Origin: Mesotaenium endlicherianum
Taxonomy: Eukaryota
Length of the DNA stretch: 64,000 bases
Direction of reading: 5' to 3'
Assembly (NCBI GenBank): GCA_009602735.1
Contig: WELA01000805.1
Coordinates: forward strand, 156,879 to 220,878
Shown here: piece after piece, positions 57,820 through 64,000 of the stretch
Numbering within the stretch: the stretch's first letter is position 1
How the letters are laid out: the number at the start of each line of letters is the position of its first letter
Made by a program: the position numbers and the translations under genes
The notes under the pieces: generated by a model
Databases searched by the model: none
Told to the model about the DNA's origin: nothing
The model's input: the letters and a program-made list of their open reading frames with translations, nothing else

Positions 57820-60152
57820 CTGCACGTGGTGGCACACACGGCAATATCCATTCACAAAGCAGACTCAAAGCCTGCAAACAGGTTGCCAAGCCAAAAGCCA
57901 AGCTCAACGCTGGCCCCCTCAAACCCTAGAAATGCCAACCCTCCGTACATTCATATCCCCACTGGCTCCAGTTCTCCTCCTCCATGGCGTCAGAAGGAAA
58001 TGGAGTACCAACGCTCTTTTTCTGTGCGAAATGCGCGTGTATCAGTTCCTCCACAGATTAAAAACAGCCAACAGAAATTTCCCCCTTCTAATGGCGGTGC
58101 TCTGACTTTCTCACAAACCTCGCTCAGCTGCCGTACCATCTGCTGCTGCCCCATTTGCTGAGAATTCTGCTCGCTTCAACAACGATACGTCCACGGCCTG
58201 AGGTTACGTGGAGCCACTGGCAGGCAGGGAGCGAAAAAGCATGAACCCCACAATGGTCCCTAATCCCAAAAGCCAACCCGAGCATCTAATTCAGAACCTT
58301 GAGCCCTCCCCAAACCCCCGCCCCCCCCTTTTCTTTTGAGGCAAACGGCTTTTCCCCCCTCCCTAGTGGAATTATATTTTGTTCTGGTCTACCTTCCTGC
58401 TGCTGCAGGGCAAGGCAGGGCAAGCTCATCTCAAGTCTGAGAAGAACATGTTTGTCTTTCTGAAATGTGATCGCTTGACAGCACGCTTCCAAAAAGGTCG
58501 CAAAAATGGTCTTTGGTTCGTAAGAAGACAAAAGTCAAATTGCTTGGCCCCCAGCCCCCAAATGATTCATCAATGACAGGAAGGGTAGCACAATACTACG
58601 ATGGCAAGAAAGTATGTTGTTATCGGCACTCAGACGTCATGAGTACTGATCATTTTATTATGCAGTCATGCTGTACAAATTATTACGAGGACCTTGTTTT
58701 GAAGCGTTTAGGACTGTAAGACTTTTAGTGAGAAGATGACATATCTGGCTTTCTTCTATAGTACGCGTTTGGTGTTTGACATTTTCCAGGATTCCAGAAA
58801 GTAAGGATGCACGAGTCTGCAGGCACCACATTGGCGAGATGGGAAGGATACCTTCTTTCTTGGGAGGGGGAGGAGAGGGGNATCAAGTAAGAAGGCTTTA
58901 TGTCCAGGCATTAATAGTCCACTTCCAGAATACGGTGAAAGCAGAAAATGATGGTGGAGGCACGGGTATGACTCGAAATGAAGTCATGTCGGGAATATGT
59001 TGGGCCGGACTTTGGAACAAAAGTGGTAGGCGACAGGTTCTGCAAGGAACACTAATGCCCAACAAGAAGGAATGCAAACATCCCCTTTTCCTTGTCTTTT
59101 ACCCATCCCTTAGGCGGACTTTAGTCATCTTTGACGTGAACCCAAGATGGCAGAATCCAATGATCACCCCCGTCTGTTCATTTCCAACGCAGGCCTGAAG
59201 CTCAACATTTTGCATAGCTCAAAATACCTGCTTGAATAAGTTTTCCCATGAAGTCAAAAAGCTGGGACATATTTTAAGAAACTTTCGGAAGCGCGCACCT
59301 TCCATGATCTGAACGTATTTTCCAGCCACTATGACTGATGGCGCCAGGAACTTGTAGCCTCCTCAGGACAGGCGTCAGCAAAGCACTTCTACTGAAAATA
59401 GACATGGTTTCCAGCTAGAGAGAGAAATCAACGGATGAATTTACACACACAGAAGTGCTGGGAATGCTTCCACAGCCTTTTGTGACAGCGTTTCAGGCTT
59501 TTGATGATCCTTTACATGACATATCTGTCTGTCCCTCCTTCAGTATCGCTGAATGTCCTCCTTCGCAACATTCGTCACTGACAGTAATATTTGAAGATGT
59601 CGAATAAATTTATTACAGTTCTTTCTCTCTTTGCCGCACAACACAATGTGACGATAAATAAGACGTGAGGTGATTATTCCAATCGCCACATGCTCTTTAC
59701 ATGCCAACATGCATTTTCTAGCAATATAGAAGTAAGAAGGGTCGTGGCATATACCGCCAGCTCTGGCCTGCTCCGGCCCCCGTGGGATGGTTTCTCGCGA
59801 AATCTACCCTCGAATAACGGTCCTTCTTGATTGTGGTGACAAACTGACTTGAAGCCAATCGGCACGTTTGGCTGCGGTCTTTTGCGTTGACCTACATTTT
59901 CATTAGATTGTGTTAGGGATCGCTTAATAGCTTATTCCTCCATATTTTTTACAATTGACGTGAAACTTTCCGTGTTCTAGCCAGCCTGGGTTGCCCCATT
60001 TCTGCCCGGAGTTAGCTCTGCCCTCCTTCATTAGACACGCGCCACGTTCCGCGAATACTCTGTCGGTAACATAAGTAGAAAATAGTCATTAGGTCGACTA
60101 CACAAAAGCCAAACGGGGCATGTTGGCTGAGACCCGACTCCCGACTCCCGAG

Positions 60153-60449
60153 CAGGCCCCAGGATTCGACAAAAGTCGCGGTTTTCGGGGAATTCCGGAA
60201 ACATCCTCTGGCCTGCTATGGGCGACGGTCAGGGTTTCAAGAACATCCGACAAAAATTGGTAGGATGTTTTTGATGGTGTAATAACATCCCACGACAATT
60301 TGTAAAGGGGTATTGGAAATTTTTAGGATTTTACGCGACATCCGCTCCCAATGACAAGGATTTCTTTCGACATAATTTGCGAATTTTCAGGATTTTAAAA
60401 CATCCAAAAAGGAAAATAACATGGAATTTTATGCGAATTCTGGGGCCTG
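60153..60449. mobile_element. hAT-type MITE, 297 bp
   Basis: TIR CAGGCCCCAG(G/A)ATTCG and perfect 8-bp TSD CTCCCGAG at 60145-60152 and 60450-60457. Confidence 0.9.
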
Positions 60450-61718
60450 CTCCCGAGTACAACCCCCTATTAGGATCAGAGACATCCATGCTTTGCCCTC
60501 AATCTAAAAATAGAGTAGAGTACACTACACTGCGTCCTTTATTACCAGTCCTTTATTTTTCTATTGCTCTTGCCTGCTCGTGCCTGTTGGTCCAAATTTT
60601 CCGCAGGCGAGACTTAGCACCAGACATCTCCTGGATTTTGCAATCTGAGCCGAGCAAACACAACCTTAGACCAGCACTGGATCTGTATCTGGAATTAAAA
60701 ATAAGATTTTTTCTCCAACTCCCAGCTGACCACAAATTCGCTCACGTACTCTCAACTACTATCAATTATCTCTTCGTGTGCAATAGGGTCAATTGTTTCA
60801 CTTCATGACCGTAGAATAGGAGCAAGAGAACGAGTAGCAATAAGGACAGATGCAAAAGTATGTGGAGGTACATTATCGCACTGAAGTCATACTACTTTGT
60901 GGTCCAAAATGTCTCGACGACCTTCCTTCTAACTTTGCATTGGAAGTTGATTTCCAAAGTTCCCTTCATTCCTCTTGTTAATACCTTTCTTAGCATTAAG
61001 GGAAAAAGCTGAAGTGCTGAAGTGCGAGATAGTAGACTCCGCCACTGCAAGGAATGACAGCAGAATAGGAGATGCTTCAAAAAAGAGATGCAGGAGGGTG
61101 GTATTGCTCTTTCGCTCAATCATGAAAAGCACATTGTTTCGCTGTCGCACTCCTCGCACTATAGTAATCTTTAATAAAATGTCTAGCACAACGTTAAAGT
61201 CACTCAGAGAAAGATCACCTGTAAGATGCATGCCTGTGTGCCGTATCAGCAGTAAGAAACAAAGATAGACAACATGTATACACATGAATGTTCATACATG
61301 TTGACTAGTGCCTTGAGTAGGAAACCTCTTAAAACCGAGGAGACTAGTGGTGGTATCGAGTCATTCCCATTCAGCAGGGAATTAAGAGTTCTGCTCAAAT
61401 ACATACCTTCACCTCGAGACAGAGTTGTTTCGTTCATTGAAATTTAAAAAAAAGAGGAGAAAAGGGCAAAAAAACCGGCATCGGGCCTCCGGTCGAAGCC
61501 CCAAGTGTTGCGTATCTCTGCCTAATTAAGGAAGCATTTTTGTTGCAAATCTACATGCAAAACGAATTAAGAAGTTGCAATTGTTTCAGGCTCTGCAGAA
61601 TGAATGCAAGTGTCTTCTTATTATTATTATTATTATCATTATTAATCGTCAAGAGCCTCAGTGCGTCTAAAGTCACGTACCCCAACATGACTGCCCCTTC
61701 TTGTCACACTCGGAGACT

Positions 61719-63152
61719 TCAAGTATGACCGCGGCCTCCACAGAAGGAGCAGAGAATCGTGCCAGAGCCCATACAGCCTGCAACACACCCACAGAGATTT
61801 CGGAAGCCAGAGTACATACAAAGAGTGGTACATGTCAGCACAAGTGCGCGCGCCTCCGGCAGAGCAGGGTCACCAAGCTGGGAGCCCGAGAATTGAAGTT
61901 AGGGTGCTCTAAGAAGCTCTTTGTTCTGTGCTCAACCCTGAGACTTGGAGTCTGGACCTTAAACCCTGCAGCCGAAGCTCATACCGACCACCTGAGACTG
62001 CATATTGAACCCGGCCCTGGAAACCCGAACCCAAACCCGATCCCAAACTGAACCAGCTCAGACCAGACCTGACCTGAAATTGACGAGTCCAGAATCTATG
62101 GCGTCAGTCAAGTCAACTCAATACCTGCTGGAAGACATTCGGCTGCTAAATAGGCCACACCAAGCTTGTTGGCGTGTCCATCGCAGCAGAGAGCAGGTCA
62201 TTTCGTCGATTGAAGGCTTTATCCAGGGGTGTGCGGAGATCAGGCCATATATAAGCGGCAAACTTCCTGACCGGTTCCTAGCAGCCCGCAGCAATCTACA
62301 GACTCTCAATGCTGCTGATGCAATCGCTAACACTCTCGTTGAATCCATGGCAAAAAAGACGAGCAGCCTGCTGCATACGCTCGGCAGAGGAAGCGGCAGC
62401 AGCAGCAGACTAGCAGCAGATGCAGCCCCCCGATCAGACGCAGGCAGTCCCGCCGGCTCCACACGGGGCACATTCGTACGGAGCCACCTCTGCAGGCGCC
62501 CCTCCCTAATCGTTATGCCAACGGCTCTCTGATGCTGGAAGCTCACTGACTGGAGTGCAGACGCGACAAAGGCCGATGAAGACGGCTCCAGCTGAGGCTC
62601 CCCAGGGGATGGCTTAGGAATGGGATAGGGATGGAATAGGATGGGACGGCATAAGGTGCTTCGGCACTTGAGCCCGTGAGCTTGTAGGTGTAGGGCTCTC
62701 AGTCGAGTTAGGGCTTTTTGCAGGAGAGCAGTTCGAGAAGGAAATTTGAGGAATACAATTTTTCCCAAGCTTTGAGTTCCGGCTCGAGGTGTTTGGCAGA
62801 GTACTTCCAAGTGGTGTATCCTACACTTCGGGCTTGGGCTAGGGTTTATAGTTCAAGTTCACGCACCTAAGCACCGGACTTTGACGACGACGCCTTGGCT
62901 CTCCATGATGGGATCCACGTAGAGCCCCGTGGCGCCACATGTCGAGCACTCGAGCACGCCCCGCTGCTCGCACTCCCCGCACCGGGGCTTGTCGCCGATG
63001 GCCTTGGGCGGCTGCAGCTTCACATCCTTGGGCTTCTCTATCGTCTCCTCTGGGATAGCAAAATCGTAGATGGGGTTCGCTAGAGCCTTCATCTTGCTCT
63101 GATAGCGCTCGACCCTCTGCTGCGGCTGCGGGTCGTTCGCAGCTGCCTCTGC
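61719..63152 (-). CDS. DnaJ-type (CxxCxGxG) zinc-finger protein without J domain, probably plastid-targeted; last two exons
   Basis: Exons 63152-62867 and 61777-61719 join in frame: ...CGECEQRGVLECSTCGATGLYVDPIMESQGVVVKVRCLGCMGSGTILCSFCGGRGHT-stop. 5' exons lie towards or beyond 64000 and are not resolved. Confidence 0.88.
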
Positions 63153-63419
63153 CTGGACAAGGAGAGGCGCTCGCGACAAGACACGCGCAAAAAGAAAGGC
63201 CTAGTGTGATGACGGTGACAGCAACAGGGGCACACGCAGACATGCATCGATGTGCGCGCGCGCGTGAGAGCATGTGTGCGTCCGCCCAATGTGTGCGTCT
63301 TTGTGTGACGTGTGTCCGTTTGTTTACGTCTATCAGTGTATGTCTGTGTGTATGTGTCTGTGTGTGTGCGTGTGTGTGCGTGAGTATGTGTTTGGGGGTT
63401 GAAAGGGGGGGGGGGGGGG

Positions 63420-63559
63420 NNNNNNNNNNNNNNNNNNNNNNNNNNNNNNNNNNNNNNNNNNNNNNNNNNNNNNNNNNNNNNNNNNNNNNNNNNNNNNNNN
63501 NNNNNNNNNNNNNNNNNNNNNNNNNNNNNNNNNNNNNNNNNNNNNNNNNNNNNNNNNNN
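63420..63559. other. Assembly gap flanked by poly-G
   Basis: Run of N. Confidence 0.99.
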
Positions 63560-64000
63560 GGGGGGGGGAGGAGGAAGGGGTTTGTGTGGGCTCACGCTGC
63601 ATGTCACGTGCATGCGCCACTCTAAGAAAGTCCTGGTGACGTGGAGTAGGTGCATACAGTGCCTCCGGTTGGGCGGCAGGGGTATGCTCGCAGTATGTGC
63701 ATAGAGAGCTTCCGAAATCGATGGGCCTTACTTCAATCAGGAAGGCAGCTTCAGTGAAAGGAAAGATGCAGGTCTTGCAGGCAACCGAGACTATCGGCAT
63801 TTTTGCCCGGCACTGTGCCATGTCCGCTAGTATCACTAAGGGGAATCTCACAACCACGACGCTTTGGCGCAGCTACACCCTGCATGCCAGCCGAGCAAAG
63901 ATCGAAGCAGCCAGAGTTTTACCCATGCGCCTGCGAGCTAAAGCCCGGCCGCGTTGCCGACACCAGCCGTCTTGCCAGCGTGCTTCCAGGTCTCAAGTGC

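Noticed and set aside
62005..62810. 175-aa and 230-aa ORFs
   Set aside because: They lie in the last intron of the zinc-finger gene and have no recognisable domain.

Overview
Eukaryotic genomic DNA, most likely a green plant or streptophyte alga (GT-AG spliceosomal introns, a plastid-type DnaJ zinc-finger gene, tRNA-iMet-primed chromoviruses). Bases 1 to ~48.3 kb are a block of nested Ty3/gypsy chromodomain LTR retrotransposons from three families, labelled A, B and C here. Most junctions were resolved to the base from TG..CA ends, PBS, PPT and 5-bp TSDs. The block holds one complete coding-intact C copy (26004-32683), one coding-intact but 3'-truncated C copy, a five-level nest, solo LTRs, a TRIM and a hairpin-forming minisatellite with a ~180-bp higher-order period. 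The main find is a ~550-codon extra ORF (ORF3) downstream of pol in family B. It is not env-like and has its own motif-rich upstream region with duplicated PPT sequences. It appears in three copies, and every copy is interrupted by another retrotransposon. Bases ~48.3-54 kb contain small non-autonomous elements and a tRNA-derived sequence. Bases 54-64 kb contain two minus-strand host genes (NDUFAF3/Mth938-like and a DnaJ-type zinc-finger protein) and a hAT-type MITE. All alignments were made by eye; no database search was run.
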